From positions 48,610,001 to 48,674,000 of the forward strand of contig NC_058382.1 of the NCBI RefSeq assembly GCF_018350175.1: a stretch of 64,000 bases of DNA. The letters run 5' to 3'. Below, in pieces: positions 38,501-51,400 of the stretch. The notes under the pieces are model-generated. The model was not told the origin of the DNA. It was given only the letters and a program-made list of their open reading frames with translations, and did no database searches. A program made the position numbers and the translations under genes. Position 1 is the first letter of the stretch. Each line of letters starts with the position of its first letter. The DNA is from Felis catus (taxonomy: Eukaryota).

Positions 38501-41500
38501 GGAACCAGTAAAGATTATTTTCCCCCTTTGATCCTCACTTGCCAATTTTTTAAAATGTGCCTATTGTGCTAACATGTCAAAGAATGGGAAATTTAAACTC
38601 TAACTTTTATGGAAATAGGAAAGAAAACATTTTTTCTTTCATAGAAACATTAAATATACCATTGATCTCATTAGAATAAAGTTATAAGCTGCTTTTCCAA
38701 TGCTTTTCTCCAAACCCTGCAGATGATCTAAAAATACCCATCTTACCTCAAGTCCGTGCCGCAGGACTCTCAGAGATGATCGGGGTCCCCTACCGCAGGC
38801 CACATACAGCTGTGGTGTGTCTTCATTGGCCAGATCAGCTATCTGCACAGTGAAAAAGACAAAAAATGTCTACTTGTACTAAGTTTTCACACTGAATTTG
38901 ATTACTCTCAGGGACAAAATACTTTTTAATTTACTAAACTTACATATTGGCTATTAGCCCTGGGGGAATCAAGGGAAAAAGCCACCACGTTCCAAAAAAC
39001 AAATCAATTTGCAGCAGCAGCTTTAACTAAGAAAAAAAGGCTTGTACCAATTCTTAAATTAGCAGAGCATTCCTTACTTAGTGAAATGAGTGTTATATAA
39101 CCTCCAAATGAAATTTACCATTTCCTTTCAGCTAAAAATATAAACTATAATATTATCAGGATCTGTGACTGTCACCAACAAAAATCATACTTATTCATAA
39201 TGTTAAAATTTATATTCCTCCAATTATCCCACTCATCACTACTTCAAAATTACATCTACTGGGGCGCCTGGGTGGCTCAGTCGGTTAAGCATCCGACTTC
39301 GGCTCAGGTCACGATCTCGCGGTGAGTTCTAGGCCCATGTCGGGCTCTGTGAGGACTGCTCAGAGCCTGGAGCCTGTTTCAGATTCTGTGTCTCCTTCTC
39401 TCTCTGACCCTTCCCCGTTCATGCTCTGTCTCTGTCTCAAAAATAAATTAAAAAAACATTAAAAAAAATTACATCTACTAAACCTGTTAGACTATATATT
39501 ATCAAAGTTACTCTATCTACAGATGCTCCTATGATGTAGCTGACCAACTACGGGGTAACTGCATCTGACTGCTCAGCCACCAGATGGGGAAGCCATGTGT
39601 TGGTATCCCAGATATCCAGCTGCTTTCCAGTACATTTGTTGGTCAATACACAAAGAGGTCAATCATTTGTACTGTAGTTTTGTCAAACTGGCCAGTTCAA
39701 ATGAAAATTCTTGTCTAGAAGGCAGTACAGCTTTACTGTAACATGGACAAAGATATGTTGAGAGCATACAGGCTTCACACTGATCTCTCACTGAAATAAA
39801 TTAACTTACCTATTTCAAATGCACCATCTTGTTATTTAAAGCCTTTTCAAGGAAGCACATATACTACTTCTTCACAACTTAATATTTTGCTCTATTGGCT
39901 ATCTTATGTTTATTACTATATGCATTTAAAAACAGTACTCAGAGAAGAGATCCATTTGCCTCACCAGACTAGTAAGGATATACATGGCACAAAATACCCA
40001 TAGCTCTGCTGTAGATACCTGAACTTTCTATAAATTTGATCTTATCTACAAACTATTTACACTATTATTTCCTCAAATTCCAATGAAACAGGGGGAAAAA
40101 ATCACTCATAATTTAATTAGGATTTCATTTATTATCTATTGCCTCAGGGCTAATCCTTTCTCAAAAAAAAAGAACAAAAGCAGTTAATTTCAGAATAGTT
40201 AAGTTTACCAGGAATAGTGACTGAACAGACTTATTTCTCCAGCATACAACGAGCAAACCTCTATTAGAAGTGTGATCAACCTGACAAGGTAGGGTGGCGC
40301 CTAATGTTCACTCAAACCCCAGCAATCCAGGACACAAATGCATAACAAAATTCCTGCTACAACAGTGCACCATCAGCAGGGGACAGAGTCCCCATCCTAG
40401 GCCACCTTGGGTTCCTCCTTTAAGGATGTATTTTAAGAAGTTCTGTTACTGACTGATCCTAATGTCTCTAGAGATTTTTAAGAAGAAATTGAGTGTTAAA
40501 ATAAGAGACAGGGGTGCCTGGGTGGCTCAGTCAGTTAAGTGTCCAACTCTTGGTTCCGGCTCAGGTCATGATCTTGTGGTTCGTGGGACTGAGCCCCGCC
40601 ATCAGGCTCTGCACTGGCAGTGTAGAGCCTGCTTATGATTCTCTCTTTCCCTCTCTCTCTCTGCCCCTCCTCTGCTCAGGCTCTCTCTCTCTCTCAAAAT
40701 AAATAAATAAACTTACAAAAAAAAAATAATAAGAGTTATTCATAGACTATTAAGTGACAAAAAGTCAATTTCAGAACACTGAAGCATATAAGCCTATTAG
40801 GATTAAAAAAACATAACCCAAACAAATACATGCACATGCACTGATACGGGGAAAATGCCTGGAAGCAATCCTAAGAAGTTGTTACCAGCAGCATCCTCAG
40901 TGGATAGAAAGTTGAAAATAAGATTAGGGGTAGGAATTTTACCATTCACCTTTTGTATAGCTTGAATTTTTAGATTGAACATGAGTTATATATTTAAAAT
41001 TAAAAGCCTAAGGATTTATGTAATGGATTTTAGTTCCCCAATATCCACCTTTAAATGCTTCAACTTTACACTCTTGTGATTTCTCAGACATGCTGCTGTG
41101 CCTCACTCTTAGACCAGGTCTTAATTTAACTGGAGTTAAAACTTTAAACTCATTTAGGGGTGCCTGCGGTGGCTCAGTCGGTTAAGCATCTAACTCTTGG
41201 TTTCTGTTCAGATCATGATTCTGGTTCATAGTTCTGAGTTCCAGCCATGCGTCAAGCTCCACACTGATGGTGCAGAGCTTACTTAGGATTGTCTCCCTCT
41301 CTGCCCCTGCCCCACTTGTGCTCTCTCTCAAAATAAATAAAAAACTTAATTAAAAAAAAAAAAACCTTGGGGCGCCTCGGTGGCTAAGTTGGTTAAGCGT
41401 CTGACTTCGACTCAGGTCATGATCTCACAGTCCATGAGTTCGAGCCCCACGCCAGGTTCTGTGCTGACAGCACAGAGCCTGGAGCCTGTTTCACATTCTG

Positions 41501-43108
41501 CGTCTCCCTCTCCCTCTCTCTCTGACCCTCCCCATTCATGCTCTGTCTCTCTCTGTCTTTCAAAAATAAATAAATCTTAAAAATAAAATTAAAAAAAAAA
41601 AAAAAAAAAACCTTAAACTCATTCATATTCAGAAACATCTGGCTGGCACTGCTCATTGTGGAAGAGACTGGAAAGATCCACACCTGGCAAAACAAAATGG
41701 GAGAGAGGCTGTCCAACTCATCGACCAGCACAAGGTTTTTAAGTGGTCTTGGCTGGAAGAAGAATGTGTCTCCTTCTTCCAGAGGCATGGCAGATGAAAA
41801 CTCAGGCTCTTCATCATCATCTCCAAGATGTGCAATTTGATATAAGTAACTAGGGAGAAGAAAAGAAGACTTTAGTTAAACACTTTCTAAAGATAGTGTT
41901 TGCCATAAATATAATCCTCACAAAGCACTTTACAATTACCTATCAAAATTCTAACATGCATATCGAGTCAGCATCTGTTTGAGTGGGGTCTTCTTTCTTA
42001 GAAGAGAATGGGATAGGGGCACCTAGGTGACTCAGGTTGTGATCTCGCTGTTCTTGAGTCTAAGCCCCACGTCAGACTCTATGCTGACAGCTCAGAGCCT
42101 GGAGCCTGCTTCAGAGACTCTGTCTCCCTCTCTCTCTGCCCCTCCCCAGCTCACGTTCCATCTCTCTCTCGAAAATAATTAAAAAAAAAAAAATTAAAGG
42201 GTGTCTGGGTGGCTCAGTCAGTTAAGCATCCGACTCTTGGTTTCATCTCAGGTCATGATTTCACAGTTCATAAGTTCAAGCCCCGTATTAGGCTCGTGCT
42301 GACAGCATGGAACCTGCTTGGGATTCTCTCTCTCCTTCTCTCTGCCCTTCCCCTGCTCACTCTTTCGCTCTTTCTCAAAATAAATAAATAAAATTTTTAA
42401 AAACTAAAACAAAAAAGACTAGAATGGTATAAAGAAAATAAAGACTGCTGAATTCAAGAAGTGCCTGGCTGGCTCAGATGGTAGAGCATGCAACTCTTAA
42501 TCTTAAAGCTGTGAGTTCAAGCCCCATGTTGGGTGTAAAACTTACTTAAAAAAATATATACCATCATATGCTGAGTATGCACTTAGCTTTTGGGAAGAAA
42601 CTCAATTTAAAAAAGAAACCAAATTATTGGTCATGTTTAATATACCAGGACCTTCAATACAGAGCACTTTAAATTTTTTTTTTTTTCAACATTTATTTAT
42701 TTTTGGGACAGAGAGAGACAGAGCATGAACGGGGGAGGGGCAGAGAGAGAGGGAGACACAGAATCGGAAACAGGCTCCAGGCTCTGAGCCATCAGCCCAG
42801 AGCCTGACGCGGGGCTCGAACTCACGGACCGCGAGATCGTGACCTGGCTGAAGTCGGACGCTTAACCGACTGCGCCACCCAGGCGCCCCAAGAGCACTTT
42901 AAACAATATCAAGGGAGGGGCACCTGGGTGGCTCAGTCGATTGAGCGTCCGACTTCGGCTCAGGACCTCGTGGTTTGTGAGTTCGAGCCCCACGTCGGGA
43001 TCTGTGCTGACAGCTCAAGAGCCTGGAGCCCGCTTCGAATTCTGTGTCACCCTCTCTCTATCTGCCCCTCCCCTGCTCATGCTGTCTCTCTCTCTCCCAA
43101 AAATAAAC

Positions 43109-43139
<31 letters not shown>

Positions 43140-45355
43140 CAGTTATCAAGTGTAGCTTTTTAGAAGATAAAATGACTAAATCAGCATCTGAAATATATAA
43201 GGTACTTAAGAAATGTTCAAATAAACCTCAGCATTTAAAACACTTTTGGTAAACACATCAGATTCTACACTAAATTAAAAAAAAACCAAACAGGGTTATT
43301 ATCCTTGAACAATCTACAAAAGCACAGTGAATATAAGATAAACATATAAAAGTTAATATAAATTCCTTCCTCAAGCAAGATGTGTATACACAGATAATGA
43401 AAGCCACTTGTCAAAGATACCTTCAGTGCCTAGTAATTAACAGGTAACCAGAAGGATGGGCTCACTACCTCCATCACAGGAAAAGGCTGCTTTGGCCAAA
43501 TCTTGGCAAAGCAGCTTCTGTAACTATGGTGTTGTGCTTTAGAGCAGGAACTCTGGAATCAGATCATCTGGGACTTAGGTATGTGATCAATTTCTTTCAC
43601 AAATTCACAAATTTGACAAATTCTGTGACCCAGTTCCCCAAAGTATAAATGGGATAATGGCACGGTCTCACTGGAAAAGTTATGTACTCTATTAACATTT
43701 ACAAAGTGCTTATTTAGAACACAGTAAATACTGTTTGATAAATAGGTTGCTTTATGATTAATACCCATAGCACATGTTTCTGATACCCCAAATCAGCATT
43801 TTTTGAGTGTTGCAGACTTCAGCTCCAGCAGCAATGGATAATTTCTCACAAGCTCAAATGCATCTCACTCTAACAAGCATCTACTTGTACACTGCCATCT
43901 TTCCACTCTCTGCCCCAAGAGGTGACTGAATTTCAAACCCGAAGAGAAAAATGGTATTGCTGTTAACCTTCAGGTGAGCAATTCTCAGAGGCATTCTGCT
44001 GGTCTGATGGGAGCAGGTCTTGATGGGAGCAAGTTCCTACTGCCCACAACAGGAATCTCAATAACACACTCTCATGTAGGCTTTTCCTCTTTCCCCCTCT
44101 CTCTCTCCACTGATCCCTTAACTCCTGTTTCCTGCAACTGCTCCCCAATAATCTACCTGCACCCATGTCTTTGTCTAAGGCTCTGCTTGCAGAACTCAAA
44201 CCAAGACATTAAGAAAAACAATTTAGAACAGTGCCTGATATATACAGACAAGTGCTGGATAAATTTTAACTACCATTCTTCAGAATAAAAGGAATCACTG
44301 TATTATTCCTAAATCTTTTTTTTTTAATGTTTATTTTTGAGAGAGACAGAGAGAGAGCAAGCGGGGGAGGAACACAGAGGGATACACAGAATCCAAAGCA
44401 GGATCCAGGCTCTGAGCTTTTGGCACAGAGGCGGACATGGGGGGCAGGGGGGGCAAACTCATGACCCATGAGATCTTGACCTGAGCAAAAGTTGGGCTTA
44501 ACCAACTGAGCCATCCAGGAGCCTCCCTAAATCCAATTAATAGACAATCAGGATATATAACCTTAGCAAAAACACTATCTGCATAAGGTAATGGGGCAAG
44601 AAAATAATACCTTCTGCATCCAACTATTATTTCCATCCACAATCTTATCAAGACAAATTACTATCTAAGTTTTTAATGTTTGCCAATCTGCTAGGTGAGA
44701 AAAAGACTTCAAATATGATTGGCGTTCCTTCAATTACAAATGAGTTTGAAATCTTCCTACATATTATACTTCTAGACCACGCGTATTTTTTTTTTACTGT
44801 AAAGGCATGTTCAAATCCTGTGCCCATTTTCTACTGACCGAACTACTAGTCTTCTTCTCAGGGATTTTCAAGAGCTTATGAACTGTCATGCAGTAAGAAA
44901 AAATAAATAAATAAAAAGGTCTGTCATATACACTGTTGGTGGGAATGTAAACTGATGTCACCTTTGTGAGGACAATTTAGCATTATCAAAATTTCATCCC
45001 ACACTTACGAATTTAAACTATGGTTGCATTCAGCTAACACACAAAGATACAACTACACTGTTCACTACAGCACTATTTATGATAGCAAAAGTACAAACCT
45101 AAATACCAATACGGGGCATGGCCTTAAAATATGCAGCCACTAAAAATGTTTTCCATGTGCCAATTGCAATGTATAGGCCTTGCTCAATCCTAGTGTATAC
45201 AATTCAACTTTTAAAATATTGAGGCATGGGGGGCACCTGGGGTGGCTCACTTGGTTAAGTGTCTGACTCTTGATTCAGGCTCAGGTCATAATCTCACAGC
45301 TCGTGATTTCAAGCCCTGCTTCGGACTCTGTGCTAACAGTGCTGAGCCAGCTTGG

Positions 45356-45408
<53 letters not shown>

Positions 45409-48400
45409 TCTCTCTACCCCCCCCCCCCGCACTCATGCTCCTTCTCTCTCAAAATAAATAAACATTAAAAAAATACTAAAAAATATTGAGACAATGAAGA
45501 AATTTAAATACTGGCTAGCTATTTGATTATATCAAGGAATTACTATCATTCTGGAAAAGTGGGATTTAAGTGGATGAAAATACACCAAACAGGCTAAATA
45601 TGAAAAGTGAGACAAAAGGTATAAACAAGGAAAGTGAGTTAATCAACAGCTGGAATAAAGTCCGTGAGTATAAGAAGCATGTCTAAGAAAGGAAGAACAG
45701 TCAGAGACAAGGCTGAAAAGGCACAGAATCCTAGAATCCTAGACACACCTTCATTTTAATTACAAGCAAATAGCATCAGGTAAGTGGTTTGCACTGATGC
45801 TGTGAGCAGATACTGGCAAAACCATGGTATCTTATCTTGTGTAAGTAATTTGGAGACTTAGATACTGACTGGCTTTAAATTCAAGGCTAGAGCTCAGACT
45901 TTATCCACTTGGCAATAAAAAGTCATCAAACATTATAACACAGGAATAAGGGAAAGGATTTCATCAGGGTTATGTCTTAGCTGCTTAATAAGATGACTGT
46001 AAAGGCTGAAGTTTTACAGGAAAGACAATAAAATGTAGTAAGTAAACTAGTGAACTAGTTTAGACTATAAACCACAAAAATTGAGATTTTACACTCAAGT
46101 GGCTACAACTGGTCCATTAGTCATTAACAGAAAACCGAGGCTGGGAAGGTCACTGATGTGGCTGAGCAGCTGTGGGTAATGATGAGCTTCAACTTTAGAT
46201 TTGTACAAGTGAAGTACTGGTGGGACATGTTAAGTTAGTTCCATAAATATTCAGTGAAATGTCCAGCAAAAAGCTCAGAAAAGATCACTTCTGAAGCTAT
46301 TTTTGCAGCTACCAACAGGTACTGCTTAAAGGAAGCAACTGAAGTGGGGAAAATAACCAAAATAATAATAATAAATTAAAATTAAAATTAAAAAAGAACA
46401 TAAAGGGGGAAAAGGAAGGCAAAACTTTTGAAGAAAGTTTTGTAGAAAGCTCTGTGCCCTTGAAGCCACATCTCCCTCCTCCCAACTTTTATAGTAACCA
46501 GGATAAACTAGGGTAATAAAAAGATTACTCACTGATTTCCAAATTCTGATGCTACAAAAAGGAAGCCTGTTTTAAGCACACACATGGCAGCAGCAACAGG
46601 CACAGTATCAAAATACTTGAGCCGAATCTCAGTAACCTGGAATGGAAAAAAAAAGAGATTCTACTGTGTAGGCAAGTGAAGCTAGGCCACAGAAGGTAGC
46701 CCAGTATTGTAAGATAGCATAAGCAGAGTAGCAAGTAAAATATCATACTTAGTATCTAAACCAGGGGTTAGCAAACTAAGGCCCAGGACCAGCCATGCCT
46801 ATTTACACACTTCCTATGAATGCTTCTGTGCCACAATGGCAGGGTTGAGTTGTTGAGACAGAGACTGCGTGGCCCATATAAGCTGATGATGTTTACTACT
46901 GGGCCTCCACAACAAAATATGCCAATTCCTGAGCTAAACATATATAAAAAACTGCACAGCTGTTCACAGAACTCTGCCATAAGATAAAAACAGTAACAGT
47001 TCATGTGTATTACCAATTTTCAGGAGACAGGGAGAGCTTTCTCATTACTCACTAGAAGTGGCATTACTTGATCTCATATTATTTATATGAGATTACGAGA
47101 CCAGGTATCTGTTAACTAGAGGAGAAAACCTACATTCATATACCCAATCCAAATTTAAAAAGCTTTGATACCTTACACGACCACTTTTTAAGTCATTTTG
47201 TTTCCATTTTATTAACGTGTAAAGTATTATTTGTCCTATCTCAAAGTAGTATTAAGGAACAAATGGTTCATAAAAACACTGTGTAAACCTTAAATGTACA
47301 CAGAAATATCAATTTTTCAGGGGCACCTGCCTGGCTCAGTCAGTTAAGTATCTGACTCTTCATTTTGACTCAGGTGGTAATGTCAGTTTGTGCATTCAAG
47401 CCCTGCATCAGGCTCTGCGCTGGCAGAGGCTGCTTAGGATTTTCTCTCTCCCTCTCTACCCCTTCCCCTCTATAAAAATAAATAAACCTAAAAAAAATTT
47501 TCTTTAAATATCACTTTTTGAAATAAGGTTATTTAAATATATTAAAATCAGTGTAGCAAGGGGCACCTAGATGGTTCCATTGGTTAAGCATCCAACTTCG
47601 GCTCAGGTCATGATCTCACGGTTCAGGGGTTCGAGTCCTGTGTTGGGCTCTGTGCTGACAGCTCAGGGCCTGAAGCCTGTTTGAGATTCTGTGTCTCCCT
47701 CCCTCTCTCTCGCTCTCTCTCTCTGCCCTCCCCCACTCACACTGTCGCACCCATGCTCTCTCACGCAGTCTCAAAAATTAAACATTAAAAGGGGTGCTTG
47801 GGTGGTGGCTCAGTCAGTTAAGCCTCCGACTTCAGCTCAGGTCATGATCTCGCGGTTTGTGGGTTCCAGCCCCACACTGGGCTCTGTGCTAACAGCTCAG
47901 AGCCTGGAGCCTGCTTCAGATTCCATGTCTATTTGTCTCTCTGCCCCCCCCCCAACTTGTGTGCTCTGTCTCTCAAAAATAAATGTTAAAAAAATAAAAA
48001 TAAAAAATAAACATTAAAAAAATTTTTTTAAATAAACTGAACCTAGCAAAAGGATTTTTTTCATTTTTTCCTTCTCCCTCCATGATCTGCTTACCATATC
48101 TTCATCTGTTTCCAAAGTGATCTTGAAGATATCTCCCTGCTCAGTTTGGGCCAAAAAGAAGAACATCGATTTGGTCTTATGGGTGGCAGAGCAGACAAAA
48201 ATCATTCCTCTTTCAGGGTCATCCAGGTCATTCTAGCAAAGTCAAACACAGAACCAACAACTTAGAAATGAGTACTTCTTATATAGGGAATTTAGCACCT
48301 TACCATAATACAGGCCACTCAACGTCTACAGGTACCTGGAGCCTCTCTACACAAGCTTTGACCCAGAAGAGCCTGCCAGCCAAAAAGTGAAACACAATAG

Positions 48401-51400
48401 CTAAAAATTTTTATCTACTATAAATATATGACAAAGCCTCTGTACAAAAAAGCAGCCACAATTTCACTCTACATCCTGAATAAATGAGCAACATCAAGAA
48501 CTTTCTCCAGAGAAAAATGTCAGAAAAAAGACATGAAATTTAAAGAGTCATCATTTTAGGCTATGAAGAAATCTCCTACATGTCCACTCAGCACTATTCT
48601 GTACCAACTTCCTAAGGCAGCTCCTTGACTATGACTTTAGATTTTTTTTTTCATGTTTCCAACATTTTCTATTTCCCTCACTGAGTCAGCTGTTCAAGGG
48701 CAAAACATGTTTTATACTTCTTTGCAGTCCCAAAGCCAAGTACAGTGCCTAGCAGTTAAGTGCTCAACAAATGTCTGATCAACCAAATCAAATTACTCAC
48801 CACCCCTTACCAATAATTTATCTTGATAGATTTCTTCTCAAATTTTCTAAGATTTATGGACTCCTACTCAGGTATCATATATCAGATCAACTAAGACCTA
48901 AAAGGCTTAATCCCAGGTCCTATAAATTAATGTCAAAAAGTTATATGCTAATTTGGATATAAATTTAAAAAATAATGTTAATTTTAAAAATATATCAAAA
49001 AGATATAAAACCAGGGGTGAAAGAAGAGCTTGAGAAAGCAGAGATCAAACAAAATTAGCTGAAGCTGGATACACAGAAGTTCATTACACTTTACTTGTGC
49101 ATATACTTAGTAATTAATAATTTCCACAGTAAACTACTGAGATTAAAATCAGTAAAACACCATTTTCAGGATGCCTGGGTGGCCCGGTTGGTTAAGTGTC
49201 CAACTCCTTTTTCTTTTTTTAGAGAAACCAAAAGAGCGAGCAGGGGAGAGGTCACGAGGGAGAGAGTGAATGAGAGAAAAGAGAGAATCCCAAGCAGGCT
49301 CCACAACCCACTCCGCTTGGGGCGCCTAGGTGGCTCAGTCAGTTGAGCATCAGACTCTTGATTTCAAGTCAGGTCATGATCCCAGGGTCTTGGGAGCCCT
49401 GCATCAGGCTCCGTGCTGAGCATGAAGCCTGCTTGGGATTCTCTCTCTCTGCCCCTCCCCTGCTCACTCTCTCTCTCAAAATAAACATTTTAATAAATAA
49501 ATAAAATTAATAAAACACCATTTTCAACCACCAATGTAGTAACTGACCTGAGAGGAAAAGCATTGTGTAAAAAGATGCTGGGGAAAAGAATATTTACAGT
49601 CTCAAAATTCACCAGCAGATTCCACACCAACTACAAAAAGGAAAAGGTACCTTCACAATTAAGAAGCCCAGATGGACACTACCTTAAAGTGATCAATTTA
49701 ACATCACCAAGGAGTCAAACTAACATTATGTGCCCCTAATGTGATATAGTGGGAAATGTGTCACTGCTTATGTAATAATTCTATCAAAAATATTAACAAG
49801 GACCTAACCATACAGAAAAAGATGAGACAAACTTCAAGAAAATTAGCCTACACTCTTAAAAAACTGTCAGTATAATAAAAGATTAAAAGCAAACAAAGAT
49901 GAGGCAAAATAACCTAAAAGACAGTAAAGGTAGATATAAGGGAACTCTTGTGGACAATGAGAGAAATAGGCATATGAACTCTACATAAGATAACTGTATT
50001 ACACAAAACAGTAATTCTTGAGCATGACCTTGGTAGTGTGGTTATGTGGGAAAATTTGTTTTTAGGAACTACATCTTAGGAGATTCTTAAAGTGTCACGA
50101 CGACTGCAACTTATTGAATTGTTAGTTTTAAGAAGTATGTAATAGCTGTATCATACAAAAGAAAAGCTAAATATAGTATAATTTTAAATTGGGGAATCTT
50201 TTTCCTCTACATAAAAAGCAGAGATTCACTGTTCTATTCTTTGAAATTTCCTCTGTTGGAACGCAAGGAAAAAAGACAAGCAATGGAAAACAATCTCCGA
50301 TAAATATGTCTGGCATCTTCAAACCAGAAATTTGCAAGAATTTCAAACTGATAACATCCAGATTGTTCTGAAATAGAAACTGTGTTTTTTATGTTTTTAA
50401 TTTTTTTTAACGTTTATTTATTTTTTAAGAGAGACAGAGAGCAAGAGATGGGGAGAGAGAGAAGGGGACAGAGGATCCAAAGCAGGCTCTGTACTGACAG
50501 CATAAAGCCCGATGTGGGGCCTGAATTCACGAACTGTGAAATCATGACCTGAGCCAAAGGCAGACGCTCAACCAACTGACCTACCCAGGCACCCCTAGAA
50601 ACTGTGTTTAATTCCTTTTCTCAAAGAATTTGTTTTGCTTTTACTAAAATACTTTACCAGCTTTATTAAAAATAAGATTTACAGGGGCACCTGGGTGCCT
50701 CAGTCAGTTGAGCGTCCAACTTCGGCTCAAGTTATGATTTCACAGTTTGTGGATTCCAGCCCCGTATCGGGCCCTGTGCTGACAGCTCAGAGCCTGGAGT
50801 CTGCTTCAGATTCTGGGTCTCCCTCCCTCTCTGCCCTACCCTGCTAGCGCTGTCCCTCTCTGTCTCTCTCAAAAACAGACACTGGGGGGGAAAAAAAAGG
50901 ATTTACAGAGAAACTAAAACTTGATTAACACATAAACTAAAAGATTATACTATAATTATAAAAAATAAATTCATTTCACAAGCACAAATATCTTATCCTA
51001 TGGCAAAAATTTTTACCCGTCTCCTGGGAATTGGACAGCGGATATCTGGTTGGTCACCAAAGTTCTTGTAGGTGATATAGTTTTCAGAGCAGATCAGCAC
51101 TCCACTTGGACCATCTGACCCTCCGGGAACTATCAGAAGAAAACAGAACTTAGGAATGATTTAACATAACCACAAATTATAATTTCGTTTTCAATTCCTT
51201 CTCTCCTTCAGCACATCTCAGATGAAGGTACAAGTAGCTGAGACTGAGAAACATTCAATGGTTTGTTTTCCCTGATACTAGCCTAAGACAAGGATGGAGC
51301 ACAGTTTCGACAATCTCAGCCTGTCCAGGTATCAGATAATGCATCTAAAATTTTTTGCTTGGAGCCCAAAACTCAGTTCTCATCTTCAGACCTATAATCC

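Larger units (their letters stand above)
41157..43140. mobile_element. Dense CAN-SINE cluster flanking exon 9
   Basis: Heads at ~41157, 41368, 42016, 42198, 42460, 42916 (+) and 42889 (-). Confidence 0.9.

Noticed and set aside
39575..39593. CTCF-like CAGCCACCAGATGGGGAAG
   Set aside because: Mismatch in the core GGC. Single degenerate hits are expected by chance in 64 kb.
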